Below, piece by piece: positions 49,286 to 58,891 of a DNA stretch of 64,000 nucleotides (positions are counted from its first letter, which is position 1; the number at the start of each line of letters is the position of its first letter). The position numbers and the translations under genes were made by a program. The notes under the pieces were generated by a model that was given only the letters and a program-made list of their open reading frames with translations, was not told the DNA's origin and searched no databases. This DNA is from Salinispira sp. GTDB taxonomy: Bacteria; Spirochaetota; Spirochaetia; DSM-27196; Salinispiraceae. The stretch spans positions 1,952,001-2,016,000 of the forward strand of contig OZ271918.1 in NCBI GenBank assembly GCA_965602015.1, read 5' to 3'.

Positions 49286-50856
49286 TCCATATCCTTTTCC
49301 AAATCTTCCAAACCCAGTTCCGAACGATGCTCCTCATACTGACGGGGCGTCGACACCCTCCGTAATTCCTTGAGGAGCTTTTTCAGGGAATCCATGGTAT
49401 GCATATCCTTTCTGAGAATAGTGACCAGTTCGGATTCCCGCAGTTCCAGGCACAGCAGCAAAAGAACGCTGGCCACAGTTTCCATGGCCTTCCTGACGCT
49501 CTGGCCGGCGAGGAACACCGAACTGTACTGGATGCTCTTTTCATGGGGGATAAAAAACTGCACATCTCCATATGCAAGAGGACGAAGCATGGGCACATTC
49601 TCGGATTTTTTTGCCGAGCTACCGTGTTTCAAAATCAGGGCGAGGGTACGGGAAATCTGAAAAAAAATGTTGAGGAGCTCCGAGATATTGGCAACCACCG
49701 GCTCTTCGCCGGCATTCACGCTGAGATTTCCCTCAGAGAGAATCCTCAGATAACGCCCCCGGTCAAATCGGGGCATCTTGAGAATGGTTTTATCGAGCTT
49801 TTCTTTCAAATACCCCATACGGACCAGGTAGTTTGAGAACATCGTCGCATCAAACACCTGCACCCGCTTGTCCGAACCGCCCTTGATTTTAAAGTCCGAG
49901 GTGAGAAAGCGGCGAAACTCATCCTGAACTCTTTGGCAAAAACCGACGAGAAAATTCAGCACATTGGTCCAGTCGGCTCCGAATCGGTCCTGATCTCCCG
50001 CTCCGGTATTGTAGAATTGCTTCAACAACGCAATATCATGGGAAACCGAGAGTCCCTCGCTAATCGGTATGAGACCACGGTACAGGGCTATTTCGCCGTG
50101 GTTCCGCAGGTGTTTTTGAATTGAGACAACCACCTCATGGCTGTAATTAATTAGCAGAAGCCGGCTGTGTTCATCGAGGTCAAAATCTTCAGAGCTGAAA
50201 TACAGATGCTTTTCATCGCTCAGCATATCCCCGATGTCCACATATTTCATTGCGTGCATGGAGTTCAGCGAAACAAACAGCGAGTACAGCGTGAGACGCT
50301 TTATGCTGGGGGAAAGTATCATTTGCATGGCCCGGACAATGCCGTCTACCGGGAAGTTGTCGGCGTGGCCGAGTTTGGCATAGAGGCTCAGCTGGCGCTC
50401 AAGGCTCGATAGCATAGCGGGATCTGAGTACAGAATCAAAAAGGCCTGCTCAATGCCCCTCATCGTTTCAAGGATTCGCCCCGGCGGACTCTGCAGCTGT
50501 TCAGGCTTTACCCCGGCGACGGCTTTGGCAAAATCGTGGATAAAAACAAGCTTGTTGTATTCGAGCTTTTCGAATACCCTCCACCCGTTATCCACGACCG
50601 GGAAAAGCGCTTTGTGCAGGGGTTCGGCAAGATTTCTCTGGATCTGCTGGATAAATCGCTCGGGAAGCTTAGAATCGAGGCGCATAAAGAGAAAAAATGT
50701 GAAATGGATAATTCCGTTATGTCTGCTGAACTCGCGAATTTTCAACAGTTCAGATGATATGAACTGAAAAAAGCTGTTCGGCTGAATGGTTTTTTTAACC
50801 AGTCGCCGGTTGCGCGCAATAGTCTCCCGGGAAATACCCGCTACCGATAGCTCCAT
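49282..50856 (-). CDS. Hypothetical protein (524 aa, helical)
   Basis: Long ORF co-oriented and tightly spaced with its neighbours; no recognised motif. Confidence 0.75.
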   Translation of the reverse strand: MELSVAGISRETIARNRRLVKKTIQPNSFFQFISSELLKIREFSRHNGIIHFTFFLFMRLDSKLPERFIQQIQRNLAEPLHKALFPVVDNGWRVFEKLEYNKLVFIHDFAKAVAGVKPEQLQSPPGRILETMRGIEQAFLILYSDPAMLSSLERQLSLYAKLGHADNFPVDGIVRAMQMILSPSIKRLTLYSLFVSLNSMHAMKYVDIGDMLSDEKHLYFSSEDFDLDEHSRLLLINYSHEVVVSIQKHLRNHGEIALYRGLIPISEGLSVSHDIALLKQFYNTGAGDQDRFGADWTNVLNFLVGFCQRVQDEFRRFLTSDFKIKGGSDKRVQVFDATMFSNYLVRMGYLKEKLDKTILKMPRFDRGRYLRILSEGNLSVNAGEEPVVANISELLNIFFQISRTLALILKHGSSAKKSENVPMLRPLAYGDVQFFIPHEKSIQYSSVFLAGQSVRKAMETVASVLLLLCLELRESELVTILRKDMHTMDSLKKLLKELRRVSTPRQYEEHRSELGLEDLEKDME

Positions 50857-50862
50857 GTAAAC

Positions 50863-51258
50863 CTAATCGATGAGCCCAAAAGCCCTCAGCTCGGCAAGCA
50901 GGGCATCCCGTTCTATGGGCTTTGCCAGGTACGCCTCGCATTGTTGGGTAAAGGCATCTATGATGTTTTTGCTGTCCCGCAGGGCCGTGGTCATGATTAT
51001 TTTTACTCCCTCGAGACCATTAACCCCGTTTTCTCCTTCGAAGGTCCTGATTTTTTTTAGAACTTCCTGTCCATCCAACTTTGGCAGCATGATATCCAGG
51101 CATATAAGATCGTAGGGTGTTTTTGTAGAATACGCGGCGACGAATTTCTCGACGGCCTGTTCACCGTCTACCGCGTAATCACATTCGCCATACTGCTCAA
51201 GTACCTTCTGGATAAATTTCCGGCTGGGCATGTCATCTTTAACGATTAAGGCTCTCAT
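50863..51258 (-). CDS. Single-domain (CheY-like) response regulator
   Basis: LIVKDD, LDIMLP, MTTA, YLAKP. Confidence 0.9.
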   Translation of the reverse strand: MRALIVKDDMPSRKFIQKVLEQYGECDYAVDGEQAVEKFVAAYSTKTPYDLICLDIMLPKLDGQEVLKKIRTFEGENGVNGLEGVKIIMTTALRDSKNIIDAFTQQCEAYLAKPIERDALLAELRAFGLID

Positions 51259-51367
51259 GCGGTCTCCTGTTAGACTATCTATGCGATCGCTTTTTCCACA
51301 AAGCTGCAATCGGCAACGGAGTTATACTATAATTATGCGGGTAAAGTACTAAAAATGCGAGGGAGAA

Positions 51368-53662
51368 GTGCAAGAACAGCTGGTTAGCGCCGATTTCATC
51401 AGGATTTTTTCCCGACATCGCCAACCGCATTTCGCCGTAGATACTAATGACGGGCGTTTCCTCATGATCAACGAAGCCTGCGCCGCAATGCTTGAACTGG
51501 ATGCGCACACCGGCCTTCCGGACAACATCTCCAAGCTGTCCCACCGGGGGTTTCCCGGCCTGAAGCTGCTCACCGGACCGGCCGCCTCCCTGGAAATAAT
51601 GCACCAGTTTGTCTACACCGGTAGCCGCAAGGCGCGGGAAATTCGCTTAACCGGCAGCGCCCAGGATTGCGCCGACGCCTCTCTGTTCATCGCCCGCCTT
51701 GAAGACATAAGCTCCCGTCTCGCCTTTAATACCTATCTTATTGAACAAGGGCAGAAAAACCGGGATTTGACGGTCGAGGCTCCTCAGCTTATTGCCTTCA
51801 CCCTTGAGCTCCTGTCGGGCATGGTCCCGGTGAAACAGGCGGCCGCCTTTTTTCCCGGGTATGCCTCAGAGTATCTCTACCGGCCCGAGGAAGTGGATGA
51901 GCCCATCGCCGCCCAACTCAAACAGGTAATCGATACCACAGGCGACAGGACCGGGGAGAACTCGGGGGAAATCAATGTAGTAGATTTGCCGGGAGATCTC
52001 GGTGCGGTATTGTGCATCTCGGTGACTGAGGAAGGGGAACACCTGGGAGTCATTGCATTGGCCCTCCCCGACCGTTCCGCCCTGCGGCCCTTTGCCCTGC
52101 CGCCGATACAATATCTCGGCCAGCTTTTGGGCGAACAGCTGGTTCGCAACCGGGCCAAGGCGCGCATCATGCTTCGCCTTCACAACTTCAGCCGGTACCG
52201 GGACGGCACCCAGTTGGGGGTGGCGGTTTTAGACTCGCAACGGCGTATCGCCCAATGCACCGCGGTCTTTTGCGATTTTTTCGGTCTCCAGGAGGAAACC
52301 CTTCTCGGCCGAAACCTTGAAAACATCAGGAACCTCATTCGCATCCCCTTCGAACAGGAAGAATCGCGGCAAATTCCGGTGATGTACAGTTACACAAAGC
52401 CGGATGGGATGCATGTGTATTTCAACATTACTGAGATCGATGCGGAGGAGGACAGCTCGATGATCCTGCTCTGGGACGTCAGCTCGGTCAGACGCCTTGA
52501 AGATGAACTTGAGCTCGCCAGAAATCAGGCTGAGGCGGCAAAAAGATCAAAGGGCGATTTTATTTCAAACATATCCCATGAACTGCGCACCCCCCTCAAC
52601 GGCATAAATGGAATGGCCCAATTGCTGGAGGAAACCAGTTTGGATTCCGAGCAGAACGATCTCGTGGAAACCCTCCGGCATTCTGTGGAAAACCTCAACA
52701 ATCTCATTCAGGATTTACTGGATTTCAGCCGCCTCGATTCGGGAAAACTCAAAATGGATGAGGATTTCTTTCCGGTGTTCGACGTACTGTCCCGTGTCGT
52801 TCAGAACCACGGCGCTGATGCAAAGGCAAAGGGCCTGTATCTGAGAATCGACAGCCCTGATTCCCGGCTTTTATATTTCAGCGATGCCATGCGCTTTCAG
52901 CAGATAATCAGCAACCTGGTCTCAAACGCGATTAAGTTTACCGATAGCGGAGGGGTCGCTATCTCCTACGTCCTGGAAAAGCACAAGCTCATCGTTGAGG
53001 TTAAGGACAGCGGCATCGGCATCCCCGAAAAAATGCAGAGGCGGATATTCGATAGTTTCACCCAATTGGAACACACCTACACTAAATACCGTCAAGGACT
53101 TGGTTTGGGACTGGCCATCTGCCGTCGGCTGTCGGTTTTAATGGGGGGCAAACTGGATTTGAGTTCACAGGTTGGCGCGGGCTCTACATTCTCCCTTACT
53201 CTTCCGGCGAAGGAAGAACAAGTCAGCGATCGTTCGCAGTCTTCCGGCAATGAACGAAGGGGCCCAAACGCACGCCGGGAACGGTTTCCGGGTCTGAGGG
53301 TGCTGGTCGCAGAAGACGACTTCCTGAACAGGAAAACTCTGGTGCGATTTTTGAAGATGCAGGGATGCCTGGTTTCCGCCGCCGGCGACGGCCTGGAGGC
53401 TGAGCACCTCATTAGAACCATGGATTTTGATATACTGATTTTCGATATCACCATGCCCGAAATTACCGGTCAGGAGCTCACCCACCTGGTTCGCCGGAAA
53501 AATATCAGCTCCCGCCGGGACATCCCCATTTTGGGGGTGACGGCGCATGTGTACCCCGGAGAAATTCAATCCTTCCTGGAAAGCGGGATGAACGATGTAC
53601 TCACCAAACCCTTTGTTGCGGCACAGCTGTTTGAAAAAATGGAAGGAATACTGCAGGGATAA
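51368..53662 (+). CDS. Cytoplasmic hybrid histidine kinase (PAS/GAF-like inputs, HisKA, HATPase, REC)
   Basis: SHELRTPL, NAIKFT, DSGIGI, GLGLGL, VAEDD..FD..KP. Confidence 0.92.
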   Translation: MQEQLVSADFIRIFSRHRQPHFAVDTNDGRFLMINEACAAMLELDAHTGLPDNISKLSHRGFPGLKLLTGPAASLEIMHQFVYTGSRKAREIRLTGSAQDCADASLFIARLEDISSRLAFNTYLIEQGQKNRDLTVEAPQLIAFTLELLSGMVPVKQAAAFFPGYASEYLYRPEEVDEPIAAQLKQVIDTTGDRTGENSGEINVVDLPGDLGAVLCISVTEEGEHLGVIALALPDRSALRPFALPPIQYLGQLLGEQLVRNRAKARIMLRLHNFSRYRDGTQLGVAVLDSQRRIAQCTAVFCDFFGLQEETLLGRNLENIRNLIRIPFEQEESRQIPVMYSYTKPDGMHVYFNITEIDAEEDSSMILLWDVSSVRRLEDELELARNQAEAAKRSKGDFISNISHELRTPLNGINGMAQLLEETSLDSEQNDLVETLRHSVENLNNLIQDLLDFSRLDSGKLKMDEDFFPVFDVLSRVVQNHGADAKAKGLYLRIDSPDSRLLYFSDAMRFQQIISNLVSNAIKFTDSGGVAISYVLEKHKLIVEVKDSGIGIPEKMQRRIFDSFTQLEHTYTKYRQGLGLGLAICRRLSVLMGGKLDLSSQVGAGSTFSLTLPAKEEQVSDRSQSSGNERRGPNARRERFPGLRVLVAEDDFLNRKTLVRFLKMQGCLVSAAGDGLEAEHLIRTMDFDILIFDITMPEITGQELTHLVRRKNISSRRDIPILGVTAHVYPGEIQSFLESGMNDVLTKPFVAAQLFEKMEGILQG

Positions 53663-53702
53663 AAAAAACGGCGGTGAACAGTAGCTAACCGTCACCGCCG
53701 TT
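53661..53702 (-). terminator. Intrinsic, possibly bidirectional, terminator between the kinase and nrdJ
   Basis: aacggcggtga/tcaccgccgtt stem with an A-run. Confidence 0.7.
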
Positions 53703-53715
53703 GGTCTCTTGAGTG

Positions 53716-56004
53716 TTAAATATCGCAGTGTCCTGCCATACAGGCGAGTTCCTGGGCTGCGGTGGTCAAATCCTTTTCTTCATAACGGTATACCTTGGCG
53801 AAATCGATGACCGGAAACTCCTTGGCGAGTTTTTTATAGGTCTTCTCGTCGATTTCCTCATAGGGCATCTGCTCGTACTGGGCGTCGGTGGCGGGCAGAA
53901 AGGCCATGCCGCCGATGCGATCCTGATTCGCCCATATCCACTGGATGATATCGATCACCTCATCCGGTTTGTAGGTGATGGTAACCGAGGGATTGTGTTC
54001 GGTGTAGTGGACCTTGTTTTGCAGCCAGTATTCGCACTGCTCCAGGGCGCTTCGGTCGCCCCGGGTCCGTGCGCTCGCCGGGCTCTTTACCGGGAAATGG
54101 GCAACCCAGGTGGTCGCATTGTCGACGCTCTGTCCGTTTTCCGGATCCATGGGAACGCCTTCATCTTTTAGTACCCGGAAAATCGGCGTGTGAGCGCCCA
54201 CCCGCACATTTCTCACATAGTAGGGAGCCCATCGTGAGTGAAGCCCGGAAGATGAATTGAGGAGCTGACTCGAATTGCCCGAGGGTTTTACCGCGGTAAC
54301 CGAAGAACTCTGATTTATTCCGAGCTTTTCTGCGTAAATACGGTTCGTCTCAACGGCGACGTAGCGCAGCCGGCTTTGAACGTCCGAGTCCTGAGCCAGG
54401 GCGCTGTCCATCTGTCCGTTCAAATCCACCCCGAGAAGCCGTTCTTCCTCGCAGTTTTGCTTCCAGATCGGACGCAGACCGGGGAAGTTGGTGGCCATGC
54501 TTTGAATCGTTCCCAGCATGGATGCCAGCTCGACTTTCTCCTTGAGATCCTCAAAACTATCGTCGGCTCTGGCGACGGCGGAGGTCAGGTTACAAAACTG
54601 ATAGGGTCTGAGGATAATCTCGCCGCAGGGATTCGTGCCGAAGTCCGCTTCTTTTCGGCGGTCCGGGCGGTTCATCACCGCTGCCCGGCGGTTAAAAATG
54701 CCGGGTTCTCCCCTTCCCGAGCCCACCATGTCGAGTACGAAGCGGGCAATCTCTTCCTGGGTCAGTTCGCGGTTCGGCCATACCGCCGAGTTGTTGGCGT
54801 TCCAACGCTGGCTGTTCTTTATCCAGAAGTCCCCGTCTTTGCTGTGACGCATTTCGCTGTCGTCGTAATCAAACAGGCTGATCATGGCGGTTCGTCTGAC
54901 TCCGCCGGACACCGCTGCTCCGCCGACGGAACACATAATATCGTGGGCATCGAGGCTGGTCATAAATCGGCCCTGACGGGCAAATATCCTGTCACGGGCG
55001 AACAGGAGCATCTGACGAAGGGGTTCGGGACCGCTGGCCCTGCCTCCCTTAATTTTGAGCGGGGCCCCCGCGGGACGAACAAGGGAGTAATCAAAATCCA
55101 CGTCCTCGCCGGCAAACCAGGTCTCTAGTCCGTAGCGAAGGGTATCGGCCCACCCCTCGGAGGTATCCTGCACAATGTAGGTATCCCGCTTGATTCCCGT
55201 CTGACGCTTAATCCGGGGCATCTGTTCGATGTACTGACGCTCAACCGAATACCCCACTCCGCAGCCGTTCATGGAGATGATGAGAGCCTCGACAAAAGAG
55301 TCGATGCTGTCGACCGGAAGATAGGAGCAGTTATAGATAGCGATATTGCTTCGCCTGGCAGGATCTCCCGCCATCGCCAGAAGGCGCATTGAGGGCATGA
55401 CCTTCATTTCCAGGATTCCCCGGTGAAGACGGTCGTAATCGGCCTCGGAAAGCTTGTTTTCGCTGACTTCCTTCAGGTAGTCCACCGCCCGGCTCACGGT
55501 TTCCACCCAGGTTTCCCGTCTGCCATATTCATAATTAAAACGGCTATATTTATCATAAAACTGGAATTTCTGGAGCTGAGTGGGGAAATAGTGGTCAGAC
55601 TCATCAAAAGCTTTTTGTACTTCCGCCGGAACGGGCCGGGATTTCCGAATTTCGGCGTGAGATGCCCGGTAGAGTATGTAGGATTTTGCGGCGGCGTATT
55701 CACCTGCTGCCTGGAGTACCATCTCCACAATGTCCTGGACCTGTTCCACCGTGGGAGTCTGATATTTTACCGCAACGACATTGACAATCTGGTTAGTCAG
55801 TTCGTCAAGATCGGCCTTCGGCTTCTCCCCGGTGCTTTGAAAACATTTATGCATGGCGTTGCGGATTCGCAACGGATCGAAATCCTGTTTGCTCCCATCG
55901 CGTTTGAGAATATGCGCGGGCATGGAAAACCCCTCCTCAAGCACGATGTTCAGTCCGCTATCCGCTGCGATATCGAGTGCTTGAACGTCGACGACCTTGT
56001 CCAT
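53716..56004 (-). CDS. nrdJ: Class II (B12-dependent) ribonucleotide reductase with N-terminal ATP cone
   Basis: ILKRDG ATP cone, RRETW, PSMR, YNCSY, GGRASGP, GGVRRTA, TNPCGEI, VKPSG, C-terminal CxxGxC. Confidence 0.93.
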   Translation of the reverse strand: MDKVVDVQALDIAADSGLNIVLEEGFSMPAHILKRDGSKQDFDPLRIRNAMHKCFQSTGEKPKADLDELTNQIVNVVAVKYQTPTVEQVQDIVEMVLQAAGEYAAAKSYILYRASHAEIRKSRPVPAEVQKAFDESDHYFPTQLQKFQFYDKYSRFNYEYGRRETWVETVSRAVDYLKEVSENKLSEADYDRLHRGILEMKVMPSMRLLAMAGDPARRSNIAIYNCSYLPVDSIDSFVEALIISMNGCGVGYSVERQYIEQMPRIKRQTGIKRDTYIVQDTSEGWADTLRYGLETWFAGEDVDFDYSLVRPAGAPLKIKGGRASGPEPLRQMLLFARDRIFARQGRFMTSLDAHDIMCSVGGAAVSGGVRRTAMISLFDYDDSEMRHSKDGDFWIKNSQRWNANNSAVWPNRELTQEEIARFVLDMVGSGRGEPGIFNRRAAVMNRPDRRKEADFGTNPCGEIILRPYQFCNLTSAVARADDSFEDLKEKVELASMLGTIQSMATNFPGLRPIWKQNCEEERLLGVDLNGQMDSALAQDSDVQSRLRYVAVETNRIYAEKLGINQSSSVTAVKPSGNSSQLLNSSSGLHSRWAPYYVRNVRVGAHTPIFRVLKDEGVPMDPENGQSVDNATTWVAHFPVKSPASARTRGDRSALEQCEYWLQNKVHYTEHNPSVTITYKPDEVIDIIQWIWANQDRIGGMAFLPATDAQYEQMPYEEIDEKTYKKLAKEFPVIDFAKVYRYEEKDLTTAAQELACMAGHCDI

Positions 56005-56031
56005 GATTCCTCCCAGTTTTGTGTGGTATAA

Positions 56032-56079
56032 ACCCTACATATAGCAGCCCCTTTTCAAAGGCGACACCATATATAGCGT
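56032..56079. promoter_or_regulatory. Tandem NrdR boxes
   Basis: ACCCTACATATAGCAG (56032) and ACACCATATATAGCGT (56064), 32 bp apart, upstream of nrdJ; consensus acaCwAtATaTwGtgt. Confidence 0.8.
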
Positions 56080-56150
56080 CATCTCTGCCAATATAGCATT
56101 ATCGCCACAGGGCTGCAATTCCATGAGAGGAAAAAAGAAGTTTTTTTTTA

Positions 56151-56543
56151 CTATTTTGGATGGACCTGGTAAACCCAGATTCTCAAACCCTCGGGATCAT
56201 CGATACCAAAGCTGCTGTGACCCCAGGGATCATCGGTAAGTTTGCGCGCAATAGGCATTTTGTGTTTCGACAGATGATTGTACACGGCGCTGACATCATC
56301 GACCTCAAGACTTAGTTCGATATTCACCGGAGCCGGGGCGCTCGGTACTGCCACATCATTTAGCTGGATAATTTCAATTAGCGCGTTGCCACTCATCTCA
56401 CCGGGGGATAGAAGGACACCGCGGTCGTTGGTCCCCCGATTCCATTCCCGCACAGCCTTCATGCCGAGTATTTCCTCGTAAAATTTTCGCATTATAAGAT
56501 AGTTTCTTGTGTGCCTGACAATAGTGAACTCTTTGGTACGCAC
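56151..56543 (-). CDS. VOC/glyoxalase family protein
   Basis: FYEEILGM, LEVDDV, PWGHSSFGIDDPEG; GTG start after AGGAGG. Confidence 0.85.
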   Translation of the reverse strand: MRTKEFTIVRHTRNYLIMRKFYEEILGMKAVREWNRGTNDRGVLLSPGEMSGNALIEIIQLNDVAVPSAPAPVNIELSLEVDDVSAVYNHLSKHKMPIARKLTDDPWGHSSFGIDDPEGLRIWVYQVHPK

Positions 56544-56788
56544 CGGCGGCCTCCTGAATTTTACGATGGAAGATCGTCTCTCGAATAAATATACCGTATA
56601 CCGCAGCAACATTTCCAGCTAGAATCCCGACAAACACATAAGCTTATTTTTACTTTTAGTAACTTTTTTTACTTATCATTTTGCACTATGCACCCTCATA
56701 TACCCCTGTTGAGCCATATATCCAGGCCGTTGGAATCAAAACACAATGAATTGTACAAAATATGACAAATTACCGACGAGCAGCTGAC

Positions 56789-56805
56789 TTGGCATAGATA
56801 TAGCA
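56789..56805 (+). promoter_or_regulatory. Candidate sigma-54 promoter
   Basis: TTGGCATAGATATAGCA (GG-N10-GC); TGT-N10-ACA palindrome at 56752-56767. Confidence 0.55.
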
Positions 56806-56831
56806 TTATTTACCCGTACATGGAGGTAACA

Positions 56832-57023
56832 ATGAGTATAACGGTAACGGCAATTGAGGGCACCTTGATAGTAGCGGCAGCGATTATCCCGATTATTCTG
56901 TTTCTGGGGAGCGTGGAGAAACTCGTAAGCGTATTGGACGAGGTTCGCTATCGAAACCGTCTGCGGAAGCAGGTGCGCCTTCTTCGGGCAAATCTCGGGG
57001 AAGATTTTAAACGGGCAGCCTAA
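56832..57023 (+). CDS. Small single-TM protein (63 aa)
   Basis: GGAGG RBS, hydrophobic N-terminal helix, basic C-terminal half. Confidence 0.65.
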   Translation: MSITVTAIEGTLIVAAAIIPIILFLGSVEKLVSVLDEVRYRNRLRKQVRLLRANLGEDFKRAA

Positions 57024-57076
57024 TCGCAAATTTGCAACAGCAGGCATCGGTGTTACAATGAAACCAGGAGCCCTCT

Positions 57077-57577
57077 ATGAAAAAAATTATCGTAGCCCTG
57101 GATTTCACACCGGTTTCGAAGGCCCTCATAAAATATGGAAAGATGTACGCATCAAAGCTTGAGGCTGAGCTGGTTCTGCTGCATGTGGCTACGGCGGTTC
57201 GCGATCTATACATCGGCTACAATCTTGGTTCGCAGGACGTGCTTGGCGCCGGAATGCCGATGTATTTCAGCGATGACGGTGTTATGGAAGTCATAAAACA
57301 GGAGCTCGAGAACGAACACAATGAGCTCATGAAGTACGTTGGCGAACTAAAATCTGAAATAGGAGTAAGCGCCTTGCTCAAGCAGGGGCCTGTTGTTGAG
57401 ACCATACTGGAAGAAGCGGAGAAGCAAAACGCCGACCTTATAATTATCGGAAGTCACGGTCACCGCCCCTTGCGACGGGTCATTCTCGGTTCGGTGAGCG
57501 AAGGAATAGTTGCCGAATCATGCTGTCCTGTAATGGTTATTCCGAGTAGCTGTTCCGGGGAAGAATCCGAACAATAG
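57077..57577 (+). CDS. Universal stress protein (UspA family)
   Basis: IIVALDFT, LLHV, ADLIIIGSHG, LGSVSE, PVMVIP. Confidence 0.92.
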   Translation: MKKIIVALDFTPVSKALIKYGKMYASKLEAELVLLHVATAVRDLYIGYNLGSQDVLGAGMPMYFSDDGVMEVIKQELENEHNELMKYVGELKSEIGVSALLKQGPVVETILEEAEKQNADLIIIGSHGHRPLRRVILGSVSEGIVAESCCPVMVIPSSCSGEESEQ

Positions 57578-58031
57578 CATCGGCAACCTTGCCGACGGAA
57601 TCAACATCGAGGGTGAAACCACACGGACCGCTGTAATCCTCTCTTCCCACCTCCCTCATTCCCTCAAAAGTCTTTTTTATCATCGCGTTGGAGCGTAGGC
57701 GAATCTTTCCCACATCAGAGCGAATAAGTCTTTTGATGAAGCCGGGCTCTTCGCGGTATTCGAGGGTGAGGCCGGAAGCGGGAAAACAGATGGCCAAATC
57801 CTCAACTACCCGCCTTTTGCTGCTCATCATCTCAAGCCAACCGTCTTGATCAAAGTGATAGAAAACCAATTGTTCGCCGTCTCCGCTTATCAGCAGGAGG
57901 CCCCATGCTTCGCCCGGAATGTCGTCCGGGCGATCATCGTGAAGATAAAGTTTCGCCGCCGAAATCAGCTCGCTATCAGGCCCAAAGAGATTTCGAAGTT
58001 GTTCCTCAATGTGTTGCTGATCAGTACCCAT
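57537..58031 (-). CDS. Hypothetical protein
   Basis: ORF with GGAG RBS downstream of msrA; no recognised motif. Confidence 0.6.
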   Translation of the reverse strand: MGTDQQHIEEQLRNLFGPDSELISAAKLYLHDDRPDDIPGEAWGLLLISGDGEQLVFYHFDQDGWLEMMSSKRRVVEDLAICFPASGLTLEYREEPGFIKRLIRSDVGKIRLRSNAMIKKTFEGMREVGREDYSGPCGFTLDVDSVGKVADAIVRILPRNSYSE

Positions 58032-58090
58032 ACCCAACTCCCGACGGCTGATGAAGATCAGCTCAATAATGTTCGGACTGATGATGCTCC

Positions 58091-58798
58091 TTACAAATCC
58101 ACATCAAGGATATCAATGGTTTCAATGCCCTCCAACCCGAGCTTCTCCAGTTTAGGCCGGATAACCGCAGCGCAATACCCGTAGTTCGGATTATTTTCAT
58201 AGAAATCCTGATGATAATCCTCCGCAGGATAAAATCGCTCGAATGGAACAATCTCCGTCACAATGGGGTCTGGCCAGTCTTCCTGAGCCTCTGCCGCGAC
58301 TTTTTGGGCAATCCGGGCCTGCTCTTCATCATGGGTGAGTATGATTGAACGATATTGGGGGCCGACATCATAGCCCTGACGATTCAGCGTTGTCGGATCG
58401 TGGGCCCGAAAGAATAACTGGATAATTTGCTCATAGCTGACCTTTGATTGGTCGTAATACAACTGAACAACTTCGGCATGGCGACTCCTGCCGCTGCTGA
58501 CCAAACGGTAGTTGGGATTTTCCTCTTCACCGCCGGAATATCCGGAGATAGCATGAACCACGCCTTCGATGGGTTCATAGACCGCTTCCACACACCAAAA
58601 ACAACCACCCCCGATGGTTGCTACCGAATATCCGCTGAGATCTGCCATAATTGCTCCTATTTGACGGGTATCGCTGGGATTCATCGCCGTGTCCCCGGGT
58701 TCTTCCGAGCCGGGTAATGCCGTAATTATCGGTACAGCAATTACTCCTATAAGAATGAGCAGGGTAAACCCAATGCCGCGTATTTTTTTATTTTTCAT
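58091..58798 (-). CDS. msrA: Peptide-methionine (S)-S-oxide reductase with N-terminal signal/anchor
   Basis: GGGCFWC, GYSGG, HAEVV, HDPTTLNRQG, QYRS, AEDYHQ. Confidence 0.95.
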   Translation of the reverse strand: MKNKKIRGIGFTLLILIGVIAVPIITALPGSEEPGDTAMNPSDTRQIGAIMADLSGYSVATIGGGCFWCVEAVYEPIEGVVHAISGYSGGEEENPNYRLVSSGRSRHAEVVQLYYDQSKVSYEQIIQLFFRAHDPTTLNRQGYDVGPQYRSIILTHDEEQARIAQKVAAEAQEDWPDPIVTEIVPFERFYPAEDYHQDFYENNPNYGYCAAVIRPKLEKLGLEGIETIDILDVDL

Positions 58799-58891
58799 AA
58801 TCAACCTCGTGTGATCATAATATACTTACCTGCAGGCCAGAAAGAAAATCCTTCCTTGCCCTGATCGGCAATGGCATTATAATAGGATCAT

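Noticed and set aside
54376..56031. 250-aa and 202-aa plus-strand ORFs, and a possible intein in nrdJ
   Set aside because: The ORFs are antisense shadows; nrdJ length and motifs are continuous with no intein signatures.
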